DNA of 64,000 bases. Source: Amoebophrya sp. A120. Its lineage: Eukaryota > Protista > Dinoflagellata. Below, piece after piece: positions 24,811-37,900 of the stretch; the stretch's first letter is position 1; every line of letters begins with the position of its first letter. The position numbers and the translations under genes were made by a program. The notes below the pieces were generated by a model that ran no database searches, was not told the origin of the DNA, and worked only from the letters and a program-made list of their open reading frames with translations. Where the stretch lies: the NCBI GenBank assembly GCA_905178155.1, contig CAJINV010000007.1, positions 1,000,627-1,064,626 on the forward strand. The letters are read 5' to 3'.

Positions 24811-27800
24811 ATGGGTGACTGGGATAGTCAGGATTGGGGCGACAACAATGGCCAGAAGTGGAACGATATGCATTGCAAAAGCATCGTATATAGTATAAAT
24901 CGCAATACAAATTGGCTCAGCATTACTACAAATTACATTTGTAATGCCGATTTACCTTGACAAGTGGACTTCTGATGCATGATTGCGATTACTACGAGTG
25001 CGATACTTTTGCACAGGATAAACGATTGGAAAGACGACAAGAAGTCCTGGGATGATTATGAGAGTGCGCAAGAATTACGAGCCTTGCACCGAAAGTTGTC
25101 ACGCGCAAAATGCAAAAAGGCGAAGAATGAAGACTGCGTTTACGTTCTTCGCATGACAAATGAGGCGGATCAACATTCGGGGCGAGAGTAGTTTCTGAGT
25201 TGTGCACTCTCATAATCCCTGGGGCGACAAGAAATCCTCGTGGAACGACAAGAAATGGGATGACAACGACGATTATCCTGTGTAAAAACATGGTAGTGCT
25301 GGTACAGCAACTCATGTCAGGGTTGATGTCATGCATATGCTTAGGATGAATTAGATTACAATTTGTCAGATTCAGTACGACTTTGCAATTGCATGTCCTG
25401 ACTTGTCATGATCGGCTCCTAAAACAGCAGCGAGAGTCTGCGTACTCATAGAATCCCCTCAACAGCAGACTACATGATGGGTGCTACTCAGTAGAAGCGT
25501 ACTTGTTTTTTACCTAGCATAATGATTGGAACAAAAACTCGAGCTCTTCCTCCTGGGGCGGCAGCGGGTTATCCTGTGCAAAAGTATCGTACTCGTACAA
25601 CAAATGCAAGTCTTGCATTACAAATCTTGTTTCCAAGGCAAATCAGCATTACAAATTTTATTTCTCATGCTGAGGAAATTTGTAATGCATTTATACGAGT
25701 ACGATACTTTTGCAATGCATACGGGTCCGGGTACAACAAAAAGGAAGACGACAAAAAATACGAGAAAAAGGTCATGGAACCGGGGATGGGCTTCGATTTC
25801 AAAGCCGCGGCGTTACTTGACAAGGAGGAGGATTATGGGAGAGATATTCAAACCTTGTCGCACATGATATTAACGGCGGCGCAGAGAATCAATTTTAATT
25901 TTATGCGGTCTTGCAAAGTTATTTGACGATGTGATTGACGACCTGCCATGATTAACGAAGACGCACGTCTTTGTAGTTGCTGCAACATTTGTTTAAAACA
26001 AATGTTCCAGCAACTACAAAGAGTTTTGTCATGCAACGTGGGAATTACCTCGTAGTTGCATGTGCGACAAATTTTCCTTGCACAGAAATCCGGACAAGTT
26101 CGAAAGCGAAGAATGCTGTGATACGGATGAAGTCCACATCGTCACCAACTTATCAATACAGGAATCTTTCCTCTCCACCTCGTCCTTGTAGTAGAATAAA
26201 AGTTGAGAGTCTTGCAATAAAAAAATTTCCTGAGAAAGATATGGTCATTTGTCTTGCAGATTTTTTTGGCGGATCGATCGATAGAGGCAACTACCTCATG
26301 TATGTTTTCATCGAGTAGAAAATCATATCGAAAACCTGCACGACATCAAGTTTCTTGTCTTCTGATGTCTTGTTAGTACCTCAACAACATAGACGATGAC
26401 GAGAAAGATCTTTGTTCCTAGGCATAACCCCCGTTGTTTGACGACGACGGAAACCCCCGAGAGCCCGATGTATGGGATACCTTCGAGAAGTGCGCTGTTG
26501 GTATTGATACTATTTTTTCTGGAACAAGAAGAAGAAGAAGAACTTGTGATGCGGGACCTGATGGAGAGCGGCAGCTGGTGCTGCATCTTGTTTTATCCAT
26601 CAGGTGGAAGATCAAGATTTTGTGATGCAAACGTGGCGTGATTTTGCATTTTTACGTAGGATGATAGATACCAACACCAAGCAATAAATGGCATCTAGTT
26701 AATCCGCACCCTGAAAGAAAAATGAAAATAAACCAAAACGCACAGCAATGCCGGACGGGTTGTTGGACCTGATGACCAAAGGCAAGGTGGCGTCTTTCAC
26801 GAAGCCAACAACGATTCAGGCACACGTGTGGCCGATTTTAATGGAGTGCCACGACTTGATCGGGGTGGCAAAGACGGGAAGCGGTACTGTGTTTCGTAGA
26901 AATAATTCAGTTGCGATTACCTGAAATAGCTGAATCAGTTTGTGATGCTGCTGTTCCTGTAATGATCATTTGTGTTTCATATTGTCATGTGATTGTGAGT
27001 GGGAAGAGACGGAATACATCAAACCATGGCAGGTAAGACCCTCGCGTTTCTGATACCTATGTTCATCCAGATGAAGGTGATACGCATTGCAAACAGCGAA
27101 GATCATGGTCAGTATTTTTACCTCTAAAGGAGCACGCTTACCATGATGCAGGTGCATGCAGCTTCTGACTTTCAGCTGCATGTAGAATAAAATACCAGCT
27201 TGAATAAATCGAAACCCTTGGTTGTTGACACCTGAACTAAAATTGACGACAGTGTATTCAGAGCTTCCCCCGAGACGTAAAAGATTCTTTTTATCCTTGA
27301 TCTTCGCTGTTTGACCAGTGGATAACCACAAGAAATCGACAGTGAGGTGAAACGAGGATCACCGTGGGGCATAGTCCTATCGCCGACCCGTGAGCTGTGT
27401 CAGCAGATTTTTGAAGAGTGCACCAAGTTCGGAAGGGGAGCCGGTACAATGTTGATTTTTTGCCATTCAATGTCGCACCCTCAGATGAGTGTAGTATGGA
27501 TTTGGATTTGTGTTTGTCATCATGCATGCGAGGTGGTGCACAGCAAGAACAACTGCATATTGAAATTTAGCTGCAACGAAAATACTGAATGAACTTCATC
27601 AGATATCCGGTGCTGCATCAGTCACGGTGGGGACAACAACCGGAAGTCACAGCAGTGGGCCATTGAAAACGACTTCCCGCACATCATCATCGGGTGCCCG
27701 GGCCGAACCCAGGACTTCATGAATGCAGACCCACCGGTGTTTATCGAGAAAATAAAATCCATTCCCATCCATATTTGTATTTGTCATGCAAACCATGCAT

Positions 27801-30800
27801 AAAATCCAGTGTCTGTCATGCAAAAAATGGATGGGGATGGGTGTTTTTTCCTGGATAGTGTTCGTAGCCGACGAAGTGCGAACGGTAGTGTTGGACGAGG
27901 CAGACAGGATGCTCGATATGGGCTTCGAATGGGAATTGAGACAGATCACGGACAAGGTATGAGTTTATTTTCAGTGGTGCAGATCTCCCTCTTGCATGAC
28001 AGAGAACACTTCTCTCCAATGCGCACGACCTAAATATATTATAAATATTGTATATTGAAACTATCCAAAAAACGAAATCAGTGCCCGGAGGAGCGTCAAT
28101 CTCTGCTGTTTTCCCAAGAGGGGGCTTTTTCGTGGGCCTCAGGGGTCCCCTTGCTTGCCCCGTTTGAAATGGCTGGCCGGGTGTTCGCCTTTTTATTTTC
28201 TTGGGAGGGTCCCGTTTCAGCAGTCGCAAACCGAACACCCAGAAAGGGGATACTTCGGCGGGCCCTAGGGGTCGAAGTCGATTGGGGTTGCGATGACCCC
28301 CAACCGAGGAAACCCCGACGACCCGAAGTGGGGCCTTTCAGTGGGCCTCCGGGGTCCCCTTGCCCCGTTTGAAGTGGCTAGCCGGGTGCCCGCCTTTATT
28401 CTTGGGCCCCCCCCGTTTCAACAGTCGCAAACCGAGCGCCCAGATGAACGGGCATTCTTTAGTGGACCAGAGGGGCCGAAATCGGTTGGGGTTCGTTGCG
28501 ATGACCCCCAACAGGGGAAGCCCCGACGACCCAAGGGGGGACTTTTTAGTGGGCCGCAGGGGTCCCCCTAGCTGCCCCGGTCGAAATGGCTGCCCGGGTG
28601 CTCGTCTTCTTGGGCCCCGTTTCTTAACTCACAGCCCGAACATCCAGAGAGGGGGTTCTTTAGTGGGCCCGAGGGGTCGCAATCGGATGGGGTCGCGATG
28701 ACCCCCAACCCGGGAAGCCCCGACGACCAGACAGGGAGCTTTTTCGGGGACCGTAGGGCCCCCATTAGTTACCTTCTTTGAAATGGCCTACCTTCCGGCC
28801 CTTCGCCTTTTTTCTCGGGCGGCTGCCTGCCGCTTCGTCAGTCGCAAAGAAACCGAACACCAAAGATGGCGGCTCTTTGATGGGCCGCAGGGGTGGGGCC
28901 AATCAAAATTGTTTGAACGGGGTTCGTTGCGGTGAAGCCCTCGCTCCCTCCTTTCACCATCGACATCCGAAGACGCTCACTCTGCCGGCCCCTTCGCCGC
29001 GCATCCATCAAGAGGGCCGCCCGCTTAGGGCGGCCCGTTTCTTATTCTTGTATGACTTTATTATTATTTTCAGTGTTGAAGATCTTCCTCTTGCATGACA
29101 GAGAATAAAGTCGACCACCTCGTGATGGTTTTTCAGTTTTATCGTCAAGGAAGAGAAATTGAAATAAGCTGTAACTAAGACCTAGAAACATCATTCATCA
29201 AATCATCCAAAACGAAATCAGTGCCCGGAGGAGCGTCAATCTCTGCTGTTTTCCGCCACCTTAAAAGGAAGAAAAAGCGGCTGCCTGTGTCGCCGTAGGC
29301 CATGCGAAATTTTTCTTCGCGCGCGCTGCGCGCGCGATGCGGGTACCCTTGGGAGCTGGGGGGGCCGGCTACCGGGGTCCGGTAGGATTGCCATACTCCC
29401 TAGCGTTTCTACCTTGATTTCCAGCCAAATTGCCGGCCCAGTTATTTCTACCCGGGTTTCCGGTAGGGGTGCAAAGCCTGGCACTCTGCCTTGATTTGCA
29501 GCCAAAATGCTGGCCGAGGCAATTTCTACCTGGATTCCGGGCGAGGATGCCGGCTCGGGCCTTTCTGCCTTGATTCTCTCTCAGTAGAAATGCCGGGCCA
29601 GGCATTTCTGCCTTGATTCCCAGTAGAAATGCCGGCTGAGGTGGTATTTCTGCCTGGATTCCCTGTAGGAATGCCAGACCTCCTGGCATTTCTGCTTCGG
29701 TTTCCTGTAGGAATGCCATGCCTGCTGGCATTTCTGTAGGGGTCTTCGATCTCCGGCACGAATGCCATGGCGCTTGCGCTTCTAGCTTGATTTCCAGTAG
29801 AATTGCCAGCCCTCCTGGCGTTTCTACTTACCTGGACTTTCGGTAGGAATGCCAGGGGGGGGGCCTCCTGGCATTTTTTCTACCTGGATTTCCGCCAGGC
29901 TGGCAGTTCTTCTTTGATTTTCGGTAGGAATTCCAGACCTCCTGGCGTTTCTACTTTGATTTCCAGTAGAAATGCCGGCCCTCGGCAAAGGTCGACTTTT
30001 CTCTGTGGGAGGGAAGTTTTCTCTGTATCACAGAGAAAACTCCTCTCGCCACAGAGAAAACTCAGAGGCCGCGACAGGTATTTCTGTGTAGAAATGGCAG
30101 TTTGTGATGCGCAAGCAACCACTTCTGTTTGTTTTTATATGTGTATCCTTTATGTTTTTGCTTATGTAGTTTGTTTTTGTTTCTTCTCCTTCTGTTTTTG
30201 TTTCTGTTTCTTGTTTATACTTTTCTCTGTTTTGCTTTCAACTTTCTCTGTGATATCTTTTGATATCATTTGATATCAATTGATATCAACAGAGAAAACT
30301 TAATATTTTATCTTTCGAGACCAACAAATGCTGATCTTCTTGCATCAGGGAAGAGAAAGTCAACATCGTGGTTCTGATCGTTTTTCTTCAGTTTTACTTA
30401 TCATCAAAGAACGGAAAGGGAAATAAGGATAAAGCTGTAATAGTAATGGTGCACGGCTGCAAGACCTAGAAATAGAAATAGTAAAAGTAATAAATCCATC
30501 CAAAAAATAAAACCAGTGCCCGGAGGAGCGTCAATCTCTGCTTTTTTCCGCCACCTTTCCGAACAGTGTCAAGGCTACGCAATGGAGAGGTTGTTTTTAA
30601 TCTCACTGAGAAGAGGTCTCCGGTAAATGTAAAAGTAAAAGCATTGAACCAGAAGTGCATGACAGATTTCTGCTTCGCATAAATGACGAAATGAAATTAT
30701 GTACCCTCATTTTTGCACGGGCTATTTTTTTTTATTCAACACGCCATGGACGAGGATAGCATCCGGTACGTTCGGACGAGAACTTGCATCGATTTCGGTA

Positions 30801-32829
30801 ACTGCAGCTGCAGTACATCTGAGGTGGGAGAAAAACAACTTTTTCACCTCCAAACCCCCCCTGGCGCAGCAGTTCGTCTACCGGGAGGCCTTTCACATCC
30901 AGGTGGGCTCCAAGGACCCCTTAACCGGAAACAAGGACATTACCCAGATCTGCAAGTTCCCCGAGGACTACCGGAAAAAAGACGACTGCCTCCACGACAT
31001 CTTGCAGGAGGCTGCTGTGGACGAAGGTAGTATAGAAAAATCAAAATTTTTGCTGTAGTTCTTCTTGTTGCGTATGGCAAACTGAACACAATGCAACAGG
31101 ATATGGATGGTTCTGGTCGTCATGTTTGGTCGCATGAATTGTATAGTGCACGATAATTTAATATTTTTGTTTCAACATGCGAACGAAAAACTTCATGCTG
31201 CATTACATCCACCAAATCTACTACTAGGCGCGGGTGGCATGCGCGTGCTAGTGTTCTGCAAATCCAAGCGTTCCTGCTCGGAGAAGTGCAGAACGTTTGT
31301 ATGGGATTCTCAAATGCTACATTCTCAAGTGTCCTTACATGAATTTGTAATGCAAGAACAGCAAGAGTTAAGGTGGCAAGCTTGCTGCTTTCGCATCACA
31401 GATTTGGCACAGATTTAGATGCTGTCTGGCCCTTCGGAGATTTGTCATGCGAAAGAGCTTGATCATCTGGCGGCCGCGGCTTATGGTAGTTTTGCACGAC
31501 AAATCCATGTAACAATTGAGAATGTAACATTTGAGAATCCGATACTTTGGAAGATGGGGTTTTGAGTGCGGCGAATTACACGGGGACTGCAGCTATGCAT
31601 TGCAAACGTATTGTACTAACTACGTAGTAATTCCATGATGTACAAATACCACCCTCAGCAAGACAACTTGAATTTGTCATGCGGATTTACATTTACCTTA
31701 AGAAACAGGTTTGTGATGCATTATATGGATATGCAATTAGTACGATACTTTTGCAATGCATAGCAGCCAGAGCCAGCGCGACTGGGCACTGAAGGCGTTC
31801 AAGAATGGGGAAACAACGGTTTTGTTTGCCACTGACGTGGCCAGCCGCGGATTGGATGTGCGTGGTACAGATCTATTGCAATTTGTAATGCGGTCTTGCT
31901 ACAACAAGCTTTGTAGTTCTTTGGTGGTTCCGCATGACAAAAAAGGTGATGATGAAGTTTTTTCCTTTATTCGATGCACAATGTCGTGCAGCATGACAAA
32001 TGACATCATGAAAATTATCAGGTGTGACCCATGTCGTCAACTACGATGTCGCCGAATCGAAGGAAACCCATACCCACCGAATCGGGCGAACCGGTCGTGC
32101 GGGTGCCAAGGGATATCAAATGCAAAAATGTCTGGGTCTGGAAAACTGTGATGCAAGTCCGTGAACAATAAGTGCTCTGTAATTCGCCGCCAAGCATGAC
32201 AAGTTTTTTCGTGCTTCTCTGATGCGTATTTCGCATGAGAAACTGCGCTTTTACATGACAGGTAAGAGGACCTCTTGGTGGCCGCGCAATACAGAGTGCA
32301 GAGTCATGCCAGACTAGCATGACAATCTTCCAGACCCAGACACTCTTACATTTGATAAGGGAAAGGCGTATACCATCGTGGAGCCATCGGAGTTGGGCAT
32401 GGTCAAAGGATATCAACCGTGTGACAACTAGACTTCTTCTTCTCGTCCACGACCATGATAAATACTTACAAACTGTTCACCTTTTGTTCTTTGTCATGCA
32501 GATGATAGTGACAGATTGAATTGAAGATAGTCCAACAACACAACCACAAGCCTATCTGCAGCCATGGAGTCTTTTTGCCCTGCAGCTACAGGCATGAGTT
32601 GTTCACCAGACGTTGAAAACTACAACTAGTTTTGAGTTAATACCGGGACTTCTGATGATAAACAAGAGTGGATTTTTGAAATCAAAAGACCACGACCACC
32701 GTGAAGAAGATGATTTTTGTCACACGTGATACAACAATCATTTCCACCATGAAGAAGGCCGGTCAGGAGGTCCCGGAGGAACTGCTCGACATCGCTCGGG
32801 AAAACAAGCACGCCTGGGGCTGGAACTAG
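24811..32829 (+). CDS. DEAD-box RNA helicase (DBP2/DDX5-like)
   Basis: Spliced motifs [73 protein letters not shown]; W/D-rich N-terminus. Contains about 12 introners and several GT-AG introns, including 27957-30516. Confidence 0.92.
24867..25020. mobile_element. Introner family B
   Basis: TSD aacga/aacga. Confidence 0.9.
25057..25214. mobile_element. Introner family H-like
   Basis: tatgagagtgcgcaa / ttgtgcactctcata; TSD atgat/atccc. Confidence 0.8.
25274..25521. mobile_element. Introner, unassigned
   Basis: tatcctgtgtaaaaac..gttttttacctagcata; TSD acgat/atgat. Confidence 0.8.
25570..25721. mobile_element. Introner family B
   Basis: TSD cgggt/cgggt. Confidence 0.92.
25834..26123. mobile_element. 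Introner, degenerate
   Basis: TAT..ATA ends; TSD aggat/cggat. Confidence 0.68.
26151..26426. mobile_element. Probable degenerate introner
   Basis: TAT..ATA ends; TSD decayed; element plus 5 nt gives frame [20 protein letters not shown]. Confidence 0.5.
27742..27857. mobile_element. Introner family C
   Basis: TSD gtgtt/gtgtt; lies just before the DEAD-motif exon. Confidence 0.9.
28119..28940. repeat. GC-rich tandem array, about 4 diverged units of about 205 bp
   Basis: Recurring gtgggccNcaggggtcccc..cagtcgcaaaccgaac..gcgatgacccccaac units starting near 28121, 28331, 28538 and 28736. Confidence 0.8.
29380..29985. repeat. Minisatellite, diverged unit of about 40 bp
   Basis: Recurring ttctrccttgattyccagtagaaatgccggc. 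Confidence 0.8.
30576..30854. mobile_element. Degenerate introner
   Basis: Ends TAC..AAA with residual inverted repeat gttgttttt/aaaaacaac; element plus 5 nt rejoins SVKA|LAQQF. Confidence 0.6.
31300..31544. mobile_element. Introner family I
   Basis: Homologous to 138-372; TSD gtttg/ctttg. Confidence 0.9.
31594..31762. mobile_element. Introner family B
   Basis: TSD gcagc/gcagc; rejoins LHGDCS|QSQRD. Confidence 0.92.
32114..32357. mobile_element. Introner family A
   Basis: TSD aggga/aggga; rejoins GRAGAKG|KAYT. Confidence 0.93.
32411..32731. mobile_element. Introner, unassigned
   Basis: tatcaaccgtgtgacaa / ttgtcacacgtgata; TSD aagga/caaca; restores frame to AGQEVPEEL. Confidence 0.75.
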
Positions 32830-34933
32830 GTGTCGTGAGGACTCATGAGCCGCGTGAAGATCCTGTCAAAAATTTCTATGGGTGACAAAACACTGACTCA
32901 TTTTTTCCTTTTCGTGAAAGCACGCAGCATTTGTTAATTCATCACTGGATGAAGAAGTACTTCATCAATTGAAACAGAAACAACCGATATGATAGTCTAC
33001 TGTACTGATTTATCACCCAGAAGTCTCCTGAAGAAGAAGAACAGATTTCGCCTCTACTTCCACGCTCCTTTTCATTTGATCTAGCTGTTTCTTTTGTCGG
33101 TTTTCGAGCCGCAAAAGGAAAAATTATACTGCGACTAGTACACAACTTCTGGAGGACCAGCACCTCTTAGTAGATCTCGTGACGGAAGAACGAGTTCTAC
33201 TCCTGGCTGCTGGGAAGTAGATACTGCGACGCCGACCTCGTCGTGAAGGAGACGCCTGCTGCTATACATTTTCCTCAACGTTTTATCCGTCGAACCGATT
33301 TGCCACGAGGAAGAGCGCCGATTTGATAAACACTTTTTCTACAACTCGTCCCGAAATTGATGACGCTACCACAGTTCGATCGGACTATCGATAGCGATAC
33401 AAACGAAAAACTACACTCATTTTTTTACGCGACAAAATTATTGATGATACGCTAAGATAACTACAAAGTCATTTGATTTTATACCTATTTCATTTTTCGC
33501 AACGACAAGAAATGACAGCACTAGCATCTTCGCTAGATTCAGACTAGTAAATTTTCCGCTGCTAGGACCACGCGCGGCAAAAAATGCGCGACAGGTCATT
33601 ATCATGGAAATTGTCTTTCGCTTTTATTTCCACATATAATTGACTTTCATGCGTATTGAAAAAACAGTCATTTTGCAACACTACCGATTTTTTTACCATG
33701 GATTTGCGATGTGGTAGACCAAGATGAAAAGCCTATTTTGCAACAGGTACAGCTATCAGCTGTTGTACGCATCAAATCTATAACGCGGTGTGGACGACCC
33801 GGTTGAGAGTTTTTTGTTGCTTTCGCAATGAATTCTCGTAATGCCGGATTATCTGCATCTGCTAATCAAAGACACGATAGAATGAAATGATTCATATAAT
33901 GAACCAACTACTTTTGACCACAACTAGAACCAGGACTTCTTCTATCGACCATCTGGATGCAGCAATGAGGTAGAAGCTTTTGATCACATCACAAGAACAT
34001 CACCAATGAACAACAAACGCAACAGCCAGTTCGTTGTATGACGCTTTTTTGCCGAGTAAAGGATTGCTAGCACTCGTGAAGAGATACTAGCGAGGATGTA
34101 CTGGCGCGCCACGAGAACACGACAACTCATTCTGCTTTTTTTTCGCAAAATTCATTGTATGAATTGAAGAAGCTCTGCACTGCAACTCGAGCAGGAGGAA
34201 CGAAGAGCACAGCGCAGGCGATTATATCGGCCCTCAGAAGTAGAGTGCCTACAGTACCTATCCGCCCTTTGTTTCTATTGAAGGGGCTCCGCTTGCTGGC
34301 TGTGGTTCGTTGTACGTGTTGAGCTGCAGAAGTAGGCGCAACAGTAGACGCGAGGTTGAAGTCGCACACTTTGTGTTCCGTTCCCCGAGCAGGGGGGTTC
34401 TAGTATGACATGAAAGAAATTATCACGCTGATATTTCATCTTGCTTGTGGTCTAGTACAACTTCATCAAGGATGAAGTGCCGTTCAATATTCTTATAAGT
34501 TTCTTCTTGTTTGTTGAAGCAGTCCTGCTCCTGGCGACAACGCAGCAAGCATCAACCAGGCCGCCTTGTAAGTAATGTTCGCTGAAGAACATTTTCGTAA
34601 CGTCCCGTTTCTTTGTGTGTGCACCACTACTTCTTCCGTGACCAGTGGTCACGGTGTTGATGACCTACAAACACAATGCCGCGAGAAGAGCCGCCTTTTT
34701 TTTTCTCATTATTTGTGTTTTGAATGTAACGACAAAGAACGACGATTATCACGACCGTGTTTTCGTTTTGCATTGGTGCCATAATTAGAAAGAAAAGTCA
34801 CGCACGATCAGCAAAAACAACACGACGCAGACCGCAGCGCTCTCCTTCTGTGCAGCACAAGTTCATCTACATCTGCGCAAAGAGAAGATAAGTCGGAATC
34901 TTTTTGCTTGAAAAGAACAGACAAAAAAACACC

Positions 34934-37900
34934 ATGTCCCAGACGATCGGATCTATCGAGAAGGTCGCCGGGCCCCTTGTGGTCGCCGGCGGCATGTCCG
35001 GTTGTAAGATGTTTGAGCTAGTGCGGGTCGGTATCCACTGCAAATATGCCTGGGTCTGGAAGAGTCGAAGGTTTGTCATGCAGGTCTTCGATGCCCCATG
35101 AGCTCGGGAATGCAGGGCCTCGCATGACAGATTCTCTGAGGTGCTTCTCATGCCTGTTCTAGACGATAGACTCCTTCTCACCCTGACCAAAACTGGCAAC
35201 TCTTGGCAGTCACGCAAGACAGATTTTTGTGTGACCCACAACATGCATCACAAGTCTGAGCTCTTCTAGACCCAGACGTCTTTGCACTGGATAGTCGGGA
35301 AAGAGAAGCTGATCGGGGAAGTCATTCGGCTGGAGTTGGACACAGCCTCCGTGCAGGTACAAAAAACTGGAATCGGAATTGTTGCGTTCTGGCACGCATG
35401 ACAAATTCGAGTCTCTTCCAACGGTTCCATGCATCAACATCATCATGCGGGACATTATACTAGTTTCTCGTGATGTACTAGCTACATGCATGAAAAGCTG
35501 CACGACATCAAAAAACCTCTACAGGTCTACGAAGACACCGCGGGTCTGACGGTTGGCGACCCGGTGTACGGCACGGGTTCCTCGCTCTCCCTCGAACTCG
35601 GACCGGGGATCTTAAACGACATCTACGACGGCATCCAGCGGCCGTTGGAGCGCATCATGAACGATACCGGGTCCGTGTTCATCAAGCGCGGTGTGGAAGT
35701 GGACAACCTGAACCGGGCCAAGTCCTGGGAGTTCCGCCCCTTCCCAGGGATCAAGGTCGGGGACATGCTCACGGGTGGGGACATCTTCGGCATTGTCCGG
35801 GAGAACGGGCTGTTCCGGGAGCACCGAATCATGATCCCGCCGAAGTCGCAGGGCCGCGTGGCGCAAATCATGGGCGCGGGGAATTACAAGGTGCTGGACA
35901 CCCTGCTGGTGTTGGATACCCCGGATGGAAAGAAGGAGCAGCTACGCAAGATAGATTTTTTCCTGCACACGACGGACTTTCACGTAGAAGTACAAGAAAA
36001 CGTCGCATGACAAAGTTGTTTCCCAACTCAATAAAGCATGTTGTCACTTGTGATGCAGAATCGGACTGGAGAAAGGTTGTGTCATGCGGAAACAGCATGT
36101 GTACGACTACGAGCAAGGAAGTCGCGTACGGGAGGAAATTTACTGTGGATAGCATCTGCAGATGATGCACAAGTGGCCCATCCGTGAACCCCGCCCGACC
36201 AAGGAGAAGCTGCGTGGTATGTTTTTTTGTGATGCGATCTCAATCTCTCTCCCTTGTTTGTAATGCACGACTGCATGATAATCGTTTCTCTTGCTGAGGG
36301 AGAACAAGCTCGATCTTCCCTGGTTCGTTTTGCAGCAAATGAGCTTTGTCATGCATTTGAAGAAGGTAGTAGCTTGCGACGTTGGTGATTTCCCATCACA
36401 CCTGAAACACGCAAAAAAAACCCTTACCAGGTGAAGTTGCGATGCTGACGTGCCAGCGGGTGTGCGACGCGCTGTTCCCGATGACGCTAGGTGGTACTGC
36501 GGCCGTCCCCGGGGCCTTTGGCTGTGGAAAGACCGTGATTTCCCAGGCGCTTTCGAAATACTCGAACACAGGTAGGCTTTTCGAAATTTCATGTTCATCA
36601 TATCAAAATCAACATCAAGAACATGCCTTTTTTCCGTAGTAGTTCACAGGTACTTCTACTACTTACAACATCCCCGCAGTCGTAAAAGACGACCTCTTGA
36701 CCGTTTTTCATCAGTCGCTTGTACTATCACAATTCACCGTCAGATGTCGTGGTGTACGTGGGGTGCGGCGAGCGCGGTAACGAGATGGCCGAGGTGCTGT
36801 GCGATTTCCCCGAGCTTACCACCCTGATCGAGGGGAAAGAGGAGGAGATTATGCAGCGAACCACCCTCGTGGCCAACACTTCGAACATGCCGGTCGCGGC
36901 CCGAGAGGCGTCCATCTACACCGGAGTCACTACGGCGGAGTACTTCCGTGACCAGGGCTTCAACGTGGGTATGATGGCGGACTCCACCTCCCGATGGGCC
37001 GAGGCGCTGCGTGAGATGGCCGGGCGATTGGGGGAAATGCCGGCCGACAGCGGGTACCCGGCCTACCTCGGGGCCAGGTTAGCGTCCTTCTACGAGCGGT
37101 CCGGGCGGTATGGATGTGTCAGAGTTGAAATCGACAAAGTTGAAATAACTTGCAATGCATAAAATCGATGCCAGTTGCAAGCCCAATTTCTAAGCGGAGC
37201 ATGACAAATTTGAGTAGAGCCGAAGTCCAGTTTGTAATGCTGTTTGGATAAGGAAGACGCCTCTTGTCATGCTACTTCAGCAGCTCTATTTCTATTCCGA
37301 AACAGGCTTACAATCTGCCTCCCTTGCCTACTCTGCAAGACAGGCGTTTTCTGCGTTGCATTTTATGCATTACAAGTTATTTCAACTTTGTCGATTTCAA
37401 CTCTGACACATCCATAGGCGGGTGAACTGCATCGGGACGCCAGACCGGGAAGGCTCCGTGTCCATATGAAGGCCTCAGAATGGAAATCCTCAAAGTGGAA
37501 ATAATTTGTGATGCGTGAAATGTAAGGCAAAAAAGACTGTATTGCAGAGGACACAATGGAGGCCGACCATTGTCCTGCTAGGGGTGAAGAGTTGGAGTGT
37601 TGCTTAGCACGAGAGAAGGGCACCCCTTTGCCTCAACCTGCATGACAGACATGCTTTAAGGGCCCAGGAAATTTGTCATGCGCCGACTACAAATGGCGCT
37701 TCAACTGGACTCGTTTTTTTGCATTACAAATTATTTCCACTTTGAGGATTTCCAACCTGAGGCCGTCATAGTCCATCGTCGGCGCCGTGTCCCCACCGGG
37801 TGGTGATATGACGGATCCGGTTACGAGCGCGACGCTTTCCATCGTGCAGGTGTTTTGGGGGCTGTCAAAGAAGCTGGCGCAGAGGAAACACTTCCCGTCG

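Noticed and set aside
35027-35298. A general rule that the TSD supplies GT and AG for normal splicing
   Set aside because: This works only for G-bounded TSDs. Many (cgcca, aaaaa, tttct, accta, ccttc) cannot form a canonical pair.
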